Assembly (NCBI GenBank): GCA_963774265.1
Contig: CAVZDU010000005.1
Span: 256,001-320,000, forward strand
DNA: 64,000 nucleotides
Direction of reading: 5' to 3'
Source of the DNA: an uncultured Chloroflexia bacterium
Lineage (GTDB): Bacteria > Chloroflexota > Anaerolineae > CG2-30-64-16
Part shown: positions 50,387 through 59,289 of the stretch, one piece after another
Position numbering within the stretch: the stretch's first letter is position 1
How the letters are laid out: each line of letters starts with the position of its first letter
Position numbers and translations under genes: made by a program
Notes under the pieces: generated by a model
Told to the model about the DNA's origin: nothing
The model's database searches: none
The model's input: only the letters and a program-made list of their open reading frames with translations

Positions 50387-51592
50387 TTACTCGATCTGCG
50401 CATCCCCGCGGCGAATCGACACCATATACAGCCCGATGAGCAGGACGAGCGCGGTCAGCACGTAGGCCGGGATGATCTCGAGCGAGGTGCGCCGCGCCAG
50501 GAAGCCGGCAAACCCTGGCAGCGTGGCCGCACCCAGCCCCGCCGCGCCGATCTGGATGCCGATGGTGTTGGCCGCATAGCGCGGGCTGACGCGCGCGCTG
50601 GTGCCCGAGACCAGGGCCGGGAAGATGGGCGCAATGGCAAGCCCGATGATGGCCACGCCCACCAGGCTGGCCACCTCCAGCGGGTTCCACCACAGGATGA
50701 TCGCACCGCATAATGCCGCGAGCAGGCTCGACCGGACCACCGTGTGAACGCCGACGCGCCTGGCGTAGAGGCCCGCCACCATGCGGCCGATGGTGAAGGT
50801 GGCCCAATAGGAGCCGGCCCAGAAGCCTGCCTGCTGCGGTGCGATGCCGCGCGCCTCCGTGAGCAGTGAGTAGGTCCAGTTCCCCAGCGTCGCTTCGACG
50901 CCCGTATAGATGAAGAACAACAGCATGCTCAGCCAGACCGCACCGTGGCGCAGCGTCTCGGGGATGGAGGTCTTGTAGTCCGTGAGGCGCTGGGGTCTTT
51001 CGGCTGCAGCAGGGTCACTTTTGTCCTGCCACATGGCGAGCGTCAGCACAAAACAGGCCGCCAGCGTCAGCTGGGCCGTGCCGACTACGGCATAGCCCAC
51101 CCGCCAGGAGCGGAAGTAGTTGAGGCCCAGGGTCATGATGATGGGACCCAGCGTGACGCCAATCCCGAAGCAGGCGTGCAGCCACTGCATGAGCCCTTCC
51201 CCGAAATGTGAGGCGACGTAGGTGTTGAGCCCCGCATCGATCGCCCCTGCCCCCAGCCCCGCCAGGACCGCCAGGGTCACCATCATCCACCACGCCGGTG
51301 CGAGCGTGTAGCCGATGAGCCCGAGGCCGGTGGCCGCACAACTTAAGGCGAGCGTCTTCCCCACGCCCAGCCGTGCCATGATGCGCCCGCTGGCAAAGCT
51401 TGAGGTTAGATAGCCCGCCATCGATGCCATGAGCATCATGCCCAGCGAGTCGAGGGGCCGGCTGAAACTGGCCCGGATCGACGGCCACGCGACCCCCAGC
51501 AGGCCGTCCGGCAGCCCGAGCGAGATGAACGCGACATAGGCGAGCAGAATGAGTCCGAGACGTGAACGATATTTGGCGAGTCTGGCTTGCAT
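50387..51592 (-). CDS. MFS transporter
   Basis: FISLGLPDGLLGVAWP, GAIDAGLN, WLHACFGIG; about 12 TMs. Confidence 0.85.
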   Translation of the reverse strand: MQARLAKYRSRLGLILLAYVAFISLGLPDGLLGVAWPSIRASFSRPLDSLGMMLMASMAGYLTSSFASGRIMARLGVGKTLALSCAATGLGLIGYTLAPAWWMMVTLAVLAGLGAGAIDAGLNTYVASHFGEGLMQWLHACFGIGVTLGPIIMTLGLNYFRSWRVGYAVVGTAQLTLAACFVLTLAMWQDKSDPAAAERPQRLTDYKTSIPETLRHGAVWLSMLLFFIYTGVEATLGNWTYSLLTEARGIAPQQAGFWAGSYWATFTIGRMVAGLYARRVGVHTVVRSSLLAALCGAIILWWNPLEVASLVGVAIIGLAIAPIFPALVSGTSARVSPRYAANTIGIQIGAAGLGAATLPGFAGFLARRTSLEIIPAYVLTALVLLIGLYMVSIRRGDAQIE

Positions 51593-51757
51593 GGGATCCT
51601 TAGTGCTGCGGCTGCGCGAGGATCTATGTCGCAACGTGCAGAGTTTAGCACAGACCCCATCCAACACAAAGCCGCCCAGGATGGCGTGAAACACGCAGCC
51701 ACACCCCATTCGTCTCCGGCGCTGTGCTATAATCGCGCTTGTCACATGGGGAGACAC

Positions 51758-52432
51758 ATGAGCCGAACGAGCTTCGCCGAAGCCGGCATTCGTCCGCTCC
51801 GCGTCGGGCGACACCTGTGGATTGGGCCGCGCGGAACCGAGCCGCCTGTCGAACCGGGCCTTGTCCCGATCTGGCTCGATCCGGGTCCAGCCTTCGGCAC
51901 GGGCGCGCACCCGACCACGCAGCTGTGTCTCCGTGCGCTCGAGCGGCATCTCAAGCCCGGCATCGCGCTGCTGGACCTCGGTGCCGGCAGCGGGATTCTT
52001 TCGATCGCGGGCGCAAAGCTGGGCGCCGGAGCGGTCCTGGCACTGGACACGGATCTTGAAGCCGTGCACGTGGCGCGAGGTAACATCATCAACAACGGTG
52101 TGGATGATAGGGTTCAGGTCGTGCAGGGCACGCTATCCGACGCGCTGGCTCGCCGGTGGGGGCAGGGGCGGGCGTCGTGGGTGGTGACGAATATCCTGTC
52201 GCACGTGATCGTCGGATTTTTCGAGCAGGGCCTGCCAGAGACGTTGAGCGCGGGCGGCTGGTTGATCCTGTCCGGGATCCTGCGCAGTCAAACGCCGGCA
52301 GTTTATGCTTGCCTGGCAGACTCAGGGTTGGAGTTGCTAGCCCAGGAACACTAAGAGGAGTGGGTTTGCATCATCGCGCGGCGGGCCGTGGCTCAAGGAA
52401 ATGTTTCACCGCTGTCGAGGAGGCGCCGCTGA
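51758..52432 (+). CDS. prmA: PrmA-like L11 methyltransferase (short N-terminus; in-frame TAA at 52352)
   Basis: LDPGPAFGTGAHPTT, LDLGAGSGILSI and LSGIL. The motif EEWVCIIAR follows the stop in frame. Confidence 0.7.
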
Positions 52433-52454
52433 TATCCAGCCGGGTGTGCATGAT

Positions 52455-53186
52455 TCAGAGCTCTGTGCCTAGGATGCGCGGAGTGGTCGGTCCCGGGCTG
52501 CCGCCCGCCGGTTCGACGGTGATGCCCAGTGCGTCGTATTCCCCGAAGGGCCGGGATGGTTTCAACAGCAGCACGCCGTAGCCCTCCGGACTTACCTCAA
52601 AGACCCCCGCGCTCTCTCTCGCGCCATCCTTTATCAGCCAAAGCTGGTAGCTGCGATCCGGCGACAGGACCGGCATATTATATACGCACAGAAGCGCCAC
52701 GTCCCCTGCCGCTGACGCGTACATTACGCCGCGGCCGGCCATCTCCGGCACTGCTGCATACAGGGAAACGCCCGGATTGCGCGTGAGGCTTTCCACGGCC
52801 GCAGCCTGCAGGCTCGCCTCTCTCTCCAGCCGGCCAACCCGCCCGAACCAGTAGACATTGGTCGCCGCAAGGACGAGGACGGCGGCCGCCACGGCGGTCC
52901 ACGCCCAGACCGGGCGGAAAGCGGGCAGCCAACGGGACCACCGGGCCGCGGGCTGTGCTGGTGGAGCCGATGCCACGCGCGCCCGCAACCGTTCGCCCAG
53001 GCCGACCGGAGCGGCCTGCACCGGCACTGCATAGAGCAGATCGTCGCTCAGCCTCCGGTAGTCGGCCAGCAGCTCTTGACAGGCAGAGCAGGACGCCAGG
53101 TGAGCGGCTGCCAGTTGGCTCTCTTGCTCATCGGTGGCACCAACCGCGTAGGCCGGTATGAGGGCTTCGATTGCCTCATGATCCAT
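52455..53186 (-). CDS. Anti-sigma factor, RskA-like with a ZAS motif
   Basis: HLASCSACQ, a TM segment, YQLWLI and ITVEPAGGSPGPT. Confidence 0.88.
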   Translation of the reverse strand: MDHEAIEALIPAYAVGATDEQESQLAAAHLASCSACQELLADYRRLSDDLLYAVPVQAAPVGLGERLRARVASAPPAQPAARWSRWLPAFRPVWAWTAVAAAVLVLAATNVYWFGRVGRLEREASLQAAAVESLTRNPGVSLYAAVPEMAGRGVMYASAAGDVALLCVYNMPVLSPDRSYQLWLIKDGARESAGVFEVSPEGYGVLLLKPSRPFGEYDALGITVEPAGGSPGPTTPRILGTEL

Positions 53187-53207
53187 GTGAGACCTCTCTG
53201 AATATGT

Positions 53208-53235
53208 ATACGTTGCGACACACGGGTATGGATCA
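53208..53235 (-). promoter_or_regulatory. ECF sigma promoter motif
   Basis: TGATCC-N17-CGTAT upstream of the anti-sigma gene. The same motif occurs at 55332-55359. Confidence 0.7.
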
Positions 53236-53247
53236 CGCCTCTATCTT

Positions 53248-53823
53248 TCACAGATTCCTGATCGGATCGTCAAGCCACACAGACCGCAGCTTCTCAAGCC
53301 CCAGGCGAAGCCGGCCCTTCACCGTGCCCAATGGGAGCCCCAACTGCTCAGCGAGCTCGCTGTGTGTCAGGCCGCCGAAGAAGGCGAGCTCGATGACCTG
53401 GCGCTGCTCAAGGGGCAGTTGGGCCAGGAGCAGCCGCAGGTGTTGCCCGCGCTCCCAGGCTGCATGGTCAGTGGACAGCAACCGTTCCAGGGCTGTCTCA
53501 GCTTCAGGATCGTCACCCGGAAGCTCGACCGCGCGCGGACGGCGGCCTTCCAGGCGCAGGCGGTCGATCGCTGCGAAGCGGGTCACGCCCAGCAGCCAGT
53601 GGGAGAACTGGCCGCGTCCCGGATCGTAGCGCTGGCTCTTCTGCCATAGCTTCAGAAAGACGTCCTGTGTCACCTCTTCCGCCAGGCCTACGTCCTGCAA
53701 CACGCGCCAGGACATGCTATAGACCAGGTTGGCGTAGCGTTTGTACAGCGCCAGGAGCGCATCGCTTTCGCCAGCCACGACCCTTTGCAGCAGAATTCCA
53801 TCGTCGGACCCACCGACTTCCAT
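53248..53823 (-). CDS. ECF sigma factor (SigK-like)
   Basis: AEEVTQDVFLKLW, AIDRLR, ELAFFGGLTHSELA..LGLPLGTVKGRLRLGL. Confidence 0.9.
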   Translation of the reverse strand: MEVGGSDDGILLQRVVAGESDALLALYKRYANLVYSMSWRVLQDVGLAEEVTQDVFLKLWQKSQRYDPGRGQFSHWLLGVTRFAAIDRLRLEGRRPRAVELPGDDPEAETALERLLSTDHAAWERGQHLRLLLAQLPLEQRQVIELAFFGGLTHSELAEQLGLPLGTVKGRLRLGLEKLRSVWLDDPIRNL

Positions 53824-54032
53824 CGCCTGGACCCCTCTGCCCCGGCGCATGACGAGCAGCCACCTTGTGGGGTACTCCTAACCGAGGCTGCTGCAGTGTA
53901 TCATGGGTCGAGCCAGTCAGCCAGATGGGGAAAGGCCCGGCGAGCCTGGCCCGGGACTGGGTCTCCGACCTGGCGTGTGTACCGTTGCAAGCGACACTCA
54001 TTGCCAGGTCGGAGACCCCACGGCCGGAGGTG

Positions 54033-55277
54033 TTACTTCGTCACGATCACCTGGCCCTTCATGTTGGGATGGTAGGTGCAAGTGTAGTCGTACGTCCCTT
54101 CTTTCGTGAAGGTATAGCTGAACGTGGCGCCCTTGGCCATGTTGCCGGAGTCGAATGCGCCGCCCGCTTCCGTCACCGTGTGACTCATCTGATCGGCATT
54201 TGTCCAGGTCACAGTCGTCCCGACCTGCACCGTCAGCGGCGCGCCATAGCTGAAGTTCTGAATGCTGATGCTCGCGGTCTTTGCCGGTGCAGCCGGCGCC
54301 GCGCTGGCGGCAGTCGGTGTCTCGCTGGCGGCAGCCGGCGTCTTGACCATCTCGCCCTGGGGCGAGACCAGGAACCAGACGCCGCCCACATCCTGGCCTG
54401 AGGTGTCGCCGGCCTTCGTGTCCTTGATCCAGTAGTAAAGCGGCCAGCCGTTATACGTCACCTGCAGCTTGCCGTCCGTGCGAGTCGTCGTGCCGAGCAG
54501 TGAAGCGTTCAACCCGTCACTGGCCTGCGGAGCGCCCGTAGTGAACAGCACCGGCCAGTTCACCGCACACTTGTCGTAGCAATTGCTTACGTTCTTGGTG
54601 TCCTTGGTGTACAGGTACAGCGTCATGCCCTTCTCATCGACCAGGAAACTGCCGAACTTCTCATCCGTCGCCATCTTGACCAGCGTGCCCACGCTGGCGG
54701 CAGCCGGCGTCTTGACCATCTCGCCCTGGGGCGAGACCAGGAACCAGACGCCGCCCACATCCTGGCCTGAGGTGTCGCCGGCCTTCGTGTCCTTGATCCA
54801 GTAGTAAAGCGGCCAGCCGTTATACGTCACCTGCAGCTTGCCGTCCGTGCGAGTCGTCGTGCCGAGCAGTGAAGCGTTCAACCCGTCACCGGCCTGCGGA
54901 GCGCCCGTAGTGAACAGCACCGGCCAGTTCACCGCACACTTGTCGTAGCAGTTGCTCACGTTCTTCGTGTCCTTGGTGTACAGGTACAGCGTCATGCCCT
55001 TCTCGTCGACCAGGAAACTGCCGAACTTCTCATCCGTCGCCATCTTGACCAACGTGCCCACGCTGACGGCAGCCGGCGCGATCGTCGGCGCGGTCGCCGG
55101 CGCAGTCGTCGGCGCAGTGGTTGGGGGCGCCGCCGGGATATTGGTCGCGGCTGGAGCCTGGGCCGCTGGAACAGGGATCGCACTAGGGGCACAACTTGCC
55201 AACACCATCAGCAGCGCGACCATGCCGACCATCACACCGCTCCTCTTCACTCCTGCCAACAACGACTTCGTGTTCAT
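54033..55277 (-). CDS. Lipoprotein with duplicated COG4315 (Lipoprotein_15) domains and a C-terminal cupredoxin
   Basis: Lipobox LASC. GMTLYLYTKD...CYDKCAVNWP...YNGWPLYYW occurs twice. Type-1 Cu motif HTV...YTCTYHPNM. Confidence 0.88.
   Translation of the reverse strand: MNTKSLLAGVKRSGVMVGMVALLMVLASCAPSAIPVPAAQAPAATNIPAAPPTTAPTTAPATAPTIAPAAVSVGTLVKMATDEKFGSFLVDEKGMTLYLYTKDTKNVSNCYDKCAVNWPVLFTTGAPQAGDGLNASLLGTTTRTDGKLQVTYNGWPLYYWIKDTKAGDTSGQDVGGVWFLVSPQGEMVKTPAAASVGTLVKMATDEKFGSFLVDEKGMTLYLYTKDTKNVSNCYDKCAVNWPVLFTTGAPQASDGLNASLLGTTTRTDGKLQVTYNGWPLYYWIKDTKAGDTSGQDVGGVWFLVSPQGEMVKTPAAASETPTAASAAPAAPAKTASISIQNFSYGAPLTVQVGTTVTWTNADQMSHTVTEAGGAFDSGNMAKGATFSYTFTKEGTYDYTCTYHPNMKGQVIVTK
54323..55060. 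repeat. 369-bp near-perfect intragenic tandem duplication
   Basis: 54323-54691 versus 54692-55060, about six substitutions by eye. Confidence 0.9.
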
Positions 55278-55331
55278 CTACATCCTCCGCACATTTGGAT
55301 TTGATAGATTATTCTACTATCTATAGTATTA

Positions 55332-55359
55332 ATACGCTGGCGAAACCGCCCGTGGATCA
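55332..55359 (-). promoter_or_regulatory. ECF sigma promoter motif
   Basis: TGATCC-N17-CGTAT upstream of the cupredoxin lipoprotein. Confidence 0.7.
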
Positions 55360-55466
55360 GTGGTCATTCAGCAGTGTGGAGGCTGCGGTCGCAGGAGCGC
55401 TGGTGGCTCTTGCGACCGGCCAGCGCTGGCAGGGGACGCAGACGCTGGTGGCGTGAACCTGACAGG

Positions 55467-55496
55467 AAAAAGCCGCCGGGTGTCACCCTCGGCGGC
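55467..55496 (-). terminator. Intrinsic terminator (minus strand)
   Basis: GCCGCCGAGGGTGACACCCGGCGGC followed by TTTTT. Confidence 0.7.
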
Positions 55497-55536
55497 CTTA
55501 ATGCTGATATATTCGGTTTTTCGAACTCGCTGACCG

Positions 55537-55983
55537 TTACCGCCCGCCACCGGGTGCATGTTGCTCCCCGCCGCGGCTATAACCGGTTGTCGACCGAGCG
55601 CCGGCATTCATTGCCTTCGCCGGGCTAAGCCCCCTGGATCGCCACAGTTCCAGACTGCTCGATCCCTGAACCTGGGCGCCCGTGCGGAGTTGACCTGTTG
55701 AGATCGCGGCTTGGTCCAGCGCCCGTACCCCCGCCACGCCCACCAGGCTGCTCCTTTGTGAGGCCGCGGCCTCCGCTGCTCGTACTGCAGATACCCCGAG
55801 CGAAGCGCCGTACCGAGATGCCGAAGCCTCGGACGACCTCTGCGTGGTCGACTGCTGGGTGTCAGCATACAGCCTATTGCCCCACACGTAGGCGGCTCCC
55901 ACCAACAGGGCCACGACGATGAGCGCAATCACGACCCGACTGATCCATCGAGGATCCTTCTTCAAAGTTTCTGAAGCCTGCAT
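55537..55983 (-). CDS. Small membrane-anchored or exported Ala/Ser/Arg-rich protein
   Basis: RBS GGGAGG, N-terminal TM VVIALIVVALLVGAAYVW and a downstream terminator. The 3' end is uncertain. Confidence 0.55.
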   Translation of the reverse strand: MQASETLKKDPRWISRVVIALIVVALLVGAAYVWGNRLYADTQQSTTQRSSEASASRYGASLGVSAVRAAEAAASQRSSLVGVAGVRALDQAAISTGQLRTGAQVQGSSSLELWRSRGLSPAKAMNAGARSTTGYSRGGEQHAPGGGR

Positions 55984-56104
55984 TGTGTAACCTCCCGGTT
56001 CGCATTTCACTGGCATACTCGCGCCAAGAGGTTATAAGAAGAGCTACAAATCGGTTATATTCCACGGCCATCTCTCCAGAGCCCGTTGCGGATCAGGGCC
56101 TGCT

Positions 56105-58279
56105 TCAGGGTTCCTCCCCGCGCCGCAGCCGTGCGCCGAGCGCGACCGTTTCGCGGGCCGGCTGCGAGCCCAGATCCTGCGCCAGCAGGGTCACCAGTGC
56201 ATCGTAATGGCGCAGCGCCTGCCCCCGCTCACCCAGGTGAACCAGGCAGCGCATCATCCCCCGGTGGGCGGCCTCCAGGTAACTGTCCTGGTCCAGCGCG
56301 CGTTGGTAAATCGGCTCGGCCTCCGCATAGCGGTCCGCGGCAAGGAGCAGCTTGCCGAGCAGCAGCAACGCCCCCTGATAGAGTCTGCGCAATTCCTCCC
56401 GGTGCAGCACAGGCCAGTCGACTGCCAGGTCGGTCAGGAACTCCTCGCGGTAGAGAGCGATCGCCTCCTGGAGGTCCAGGATTGCCTGGTCGGCATCGAG
56501 CGCCGCCCTGGCTGCAGCGACGCGAGACTCGAAAGCCTGGCAGTCGATCCAGCAGGGCAGCGATCGGTTGAAGCCGTAGCTTCCATCCTTGAAGTGAATC
56601 CATTCCGCGCGGCCCAATGCCTGACGCAGATGATACAGGACCACGCGGAAGTTGTTGCGCAATTGGGCGTCAGAGACGTCCGGCCAAAGCGCCAGGCCGA
56701 TCTGTTCCTTGGATCGGGACGGATGGCACACAAGATAGAAGAGCAGTTCGCGAGCTTTGCCGTAGGTCCAATCATTCATGGTGAGGGCGCGGCCGTCTCG
56801 AAATACCTGTCCCGCGCCCAGGGTGAAGATGGTGAGCTGCGGTTCCCCAGGCGCCCCTGCAGGTGAAGGTCCGAAGATGTTCGCAGCGCGGCTGGCAGCG
56901 TCGCGAGGAATGGCACCCTGCGGGGAAGGCTGCTGCCGGGAGTCGACGGGCGCCAGCCGCCCAAATGCTTCCAACGCCGCGGTCAGCCGCTGCTCAGCCT
57001 GATGTTCCCCGTTTTCACGACACCAGCGCAATGCGACTTCCAGGTTGTGATGCTCAAGCTTCAAGCGGGCCAGCCAGACTTCCTGACCGGGCGCGGACAG
57101 TTGCGCTTCCCCTTGTTGCACCATGCGGTCGTAGAAATCGAAGTGCCGGCGTTCGGTCGCTGCGGCCTCGCCCGCGGCCGCCAGCTCGTCCTGCGCATAA
57201 CTGCGGATCGTCTTGAGGAGCCGGTAGCGGCCCTCGTTGCTTGATGGCAGGACGGCCACCAGTGATTTGTCCACCAAAGCTGCAACCAGATCGAGGATCG
57301 CGGATCCCTGCACCGGCCCGCCGGCGCCCACCGCTTCCGCGCCCGCGAGGCTAAAGCCGCCCGCGAACACTGATAGTCGCCTGAGTAGCGCCTGCTCTGG
57401 CCCGGTCAACAGATCAAAACTCCAGTCCAACGCGGTGCGCAGGGTGTGGTGGCGGGGTTGCGCGGTGCGACTGCCCTGAGTCAGTAGATCGAGACAGTCG
57501 CAGAGCCGATCTGCAATCTGCGTAACCGGGAGTGTTTTGATCCGCGCCGCGGCCAGCTCGATGGCGAGCGGCAAGCCATCCAACCCATAACAGATGAGGG
57601 CCACGGCGCTCGCGTTATCGTCCGTCAGGGCAAAGCCGGGCTGAACGGATCGCGCCCGCTGGACAAAGAGGGCGATACCTGCGTATTGATTCAGGGTCTC
57701 AAGCGGAGGCAGCGGATGGAGAGGCGGCAAATCCAGTGGAGGCACCAGGTATTCCTGCTCACCCGGGAGATGCAGCGGTTCCCGACTGGTCACCAGGAGC
57801 GTCAGGTTGGGGGCCGCCGCCAACAGCTCGACCACCAACGGCGCAGCCGCGATCACCGGGTCGAAATCATCGAGCAACAACAGCATCTGCTTGTCCCGCA
57901 GGAAAGATGCCACCGAATCGGCCGGAGGGTGTCTGGGAGAGGGGACCACGCCCAGCCCCTCGGCGATGGCAGTGATGAGCAGGGCGGGATCCTGCACTGC
58001 CGCCAGCGGGATAACGCGGCCACCATCCCGGTAGTGTTTTTCGAGGTCACCGGTTGCCTGGCTGCCCAGACGCGATTTGCCGATGCCGGCTGGCCCGGTG
58101 AGGGTGACCAGGCGGACCCGGTCGTGTGCGCCGTTAAGAGGTGCGGCCCCGTGGGGAAGGGGGGTGAACAGGCGCGTAATCTCGGCGAGATCGTCCGCAT
58201 GCCCGACGAAACTGTTGAGGGAGGGGGGCAGGGCTATTCGCAATATCCTTGATATTCTTGGTGGCACTCTTCGACCCAC
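56105..58279 (-). CDS. NB-ARC-like ATPase with a C-terminal wHTH-BTAD activator (reverse domain order)
   Basis: GPAGIGKSRL, LLLLDDFDP and GLPLAIELAAAR, followed by C-terminal KARELLFYL and DSYLEAAHRGMMRC. Confidence 0.85.
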   Translation of the reverse strand: MGRRVPPRISRILRIALPPSLNSFVGHADDLAEITRLFTPLPHGAAPLNGAHDRVRLVTLTGPAGIGKSRLGSQATGDLEKHYRDGGRVIPLAAVQDPALLITAIAEGLGVVPSPRHPPADSVASFLRDKQMLLLLDDFDPVIAAAPLVVELLAAAPNLTLLVTSREPLHLPGEQEYLVPPLDLPPLHPLPPLETLNQYAGIALFVQRARSVQPGFALTDDNASAVALICYGLDGLPLAIELAAARIKTLPVTQIADRLCDCLDLLTQGSRTAQPRHHTLRTALDWSFDLLTGPEQALLRRLSVFAGGFSLAGAEAVGAGGPVQGSAILDLVAALVDKSLVAVLPSSNEGRYRLLKTIRSYAQDELAAAGEAAATERRHFDFYDRMVQQGEAQLSAPGQEVWLARLKLEHHNLEVALRWCRENGEHQAEQRLTAALEAFGRLAPVDSRQQPSPQGAIPRDAASRAANIFGPSPAGAPGEPQLTIFTLGAGQVFRDGRALTMNDWTYGKARELLFYLVCHPSRSKEQIGLALWPDVSDAQLRNNFRVVLYHLRQALGRAEWIHFKDGSYGFNRSLPCWIDCQAFESRVAAARAALDADQAILDLQEAIALYREEFLTDLAVDWPVLHREELRRLYQGALLLLGKLLLAADRYAEAEPIYQRALDQDSYLEAAHRGMMRCLVHLGERGQALRHYDALVTLLAQDLGSQPARETVALGARLRRGEEP

Positions 58280-58490
58280 AATACATCACGACCGCACGTA
58301 CTTTTTGCTGGCACCGGCTGCTCCTCGTCTATCATTATACTCGAGTGATGGGGGGTTGCGCCACCTTCTGCAGATTGAGCGAGGCTTCCTATCCGTAAGT
58401 GCCACAAGGCGGACCAAGGGATTCGGACCGCCCTGGCGTTGCGGCCGCGGAGGTAGGGTGGCTGCGCCGAAATAGCGTCAAAACCCTGTC

Positions 58491-58520
58491 TTGACAGCCC
58501 CCCCACATCGGTGCTAGATT
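58491..58520 (+). promoter_or_regulatory. Probable sigma70 promoter of the coo operon
   Basis: TTGACA-18 bp-TAGATT with extended TG. Confidence 0.5.
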
Positions 58521-58641
58521 ACCATCCAGACAATCGTATCGACTGAGTTGTGGACCGTCCCTTCCAACGGTCCTCACTGGCTATCTCCCTCGCTCTGCCT
58601 GCCGCGAGCTGTGTTCACTGGCGATCACAGGAGGATTGTCG

Positions 58642-59217
58642 ATGAATAAGTTGTTCATCCGTCCGGAGCTCTGCACCGGCTGCAAGACGTGTGAGCTGGC
58701 TTGCGCCGTCGCACACTCCCGCAGCCAGAACCTGCTGGGGGCCATGCTCGAGTCGCCCCCGCCCCACACCCGTATCTACATTGAAGCCGTCCCGGTCGCC
58801 TCCTTCGAGATCCTGAAACAACCCATGGCCTGCCGCCACTGCGATCCGGCGCCGTGCATCGCCGCATGCATCCCGCAAGCCATGCACCGCGGCCCGCGCG
58901 ATGAGGTGACCAATGTCGGCGGGAAGCACGCGTGCATCGCCTGTGGCATGTGCATTATGACGTGCCCCTTCGGCATGATCGGCCGCGCGGCCACGCCCGA
59001 CGACCTGTCCCCCTCGGGCTACCGGGTGATGGCCGTCAAATGCGACCTCTGTCCGGACCGGCCCGTCCCCGCATGTGTGACGGCCTGTCCGACCGGTGCG
59101 ATCCTGTTTGTGGAAGGCGATGAGTTCAGCCATGGCGCGCGGCAGCGCGCCAGCGCCGTGCTCGCCACCGCCCGCCAGGTACGCGAGGCGACGCTCGTTC
59201 AGGCGCAACAAGAGTAG
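58642..59217 (+). CDS. cooF: CooF-like 4x[4Fe-4S] protein
   Basis: CTGCKTCELAC, CRHC..APC...C, CIACGMCIMTC and KCDLC..PACVTAC. Directly upstream of cooS. Confidence 0.88.
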   Translation: MNKLFIRPELCTGCKTCELACAVAHSRSQNLLGAMLESPPPHTRIYIEAVPVASFEILKQPMACRHCDPAPCIAACIPQAMHRGPRDEVTNVGGKHACIACGMCIMTCPFGMIGRAATPDDLSPSGYRVMAVKCDLCPDRPVPACVTACPTGAILFVEGDEFSHGARQRASAVLATARQVREATLVQAQQE

Positions 59218-59267
59218 GGGCGACCCTTGCGGTCGCCCAGGGTCAATGCTCGGAGGCATGCCCCTAC
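59214..59267. repeat. GTAG-type REP-like element
   Basis: GTAGGGGC...GCCCCTAC with inner hairpin GGGCGACC-cttgc-GGTCGCCC. Overlaps the cooF stop codon. Confidence 0.7.
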
Positions 59268-59289
59268 TTGCACGTACGGAGGTCTTTCT

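Noticed and set aside
52352-52354. In-frame stop in prmA as possible recoding
   Set aside because: The codon is TAA, not TGA or TAG, and no SECIS-like context is evident. A base error or nonsense mutation is more likely.
58474-58497. CooA/CRP-like site at the coo promoter
   Set aside because: The match to TGTCA-N6-TGACA is weak and no cooA gene is in the window.
58525-58630. Possible nickel/cobalt riboswitch in the coo leader (hairpin GGACCGT...ACGGTCC)
   Set aside because: Only one clear stem is visible and I cannot match the NiCo four-way-junction consensus by eye. An Rfam/Infernal search would decide.
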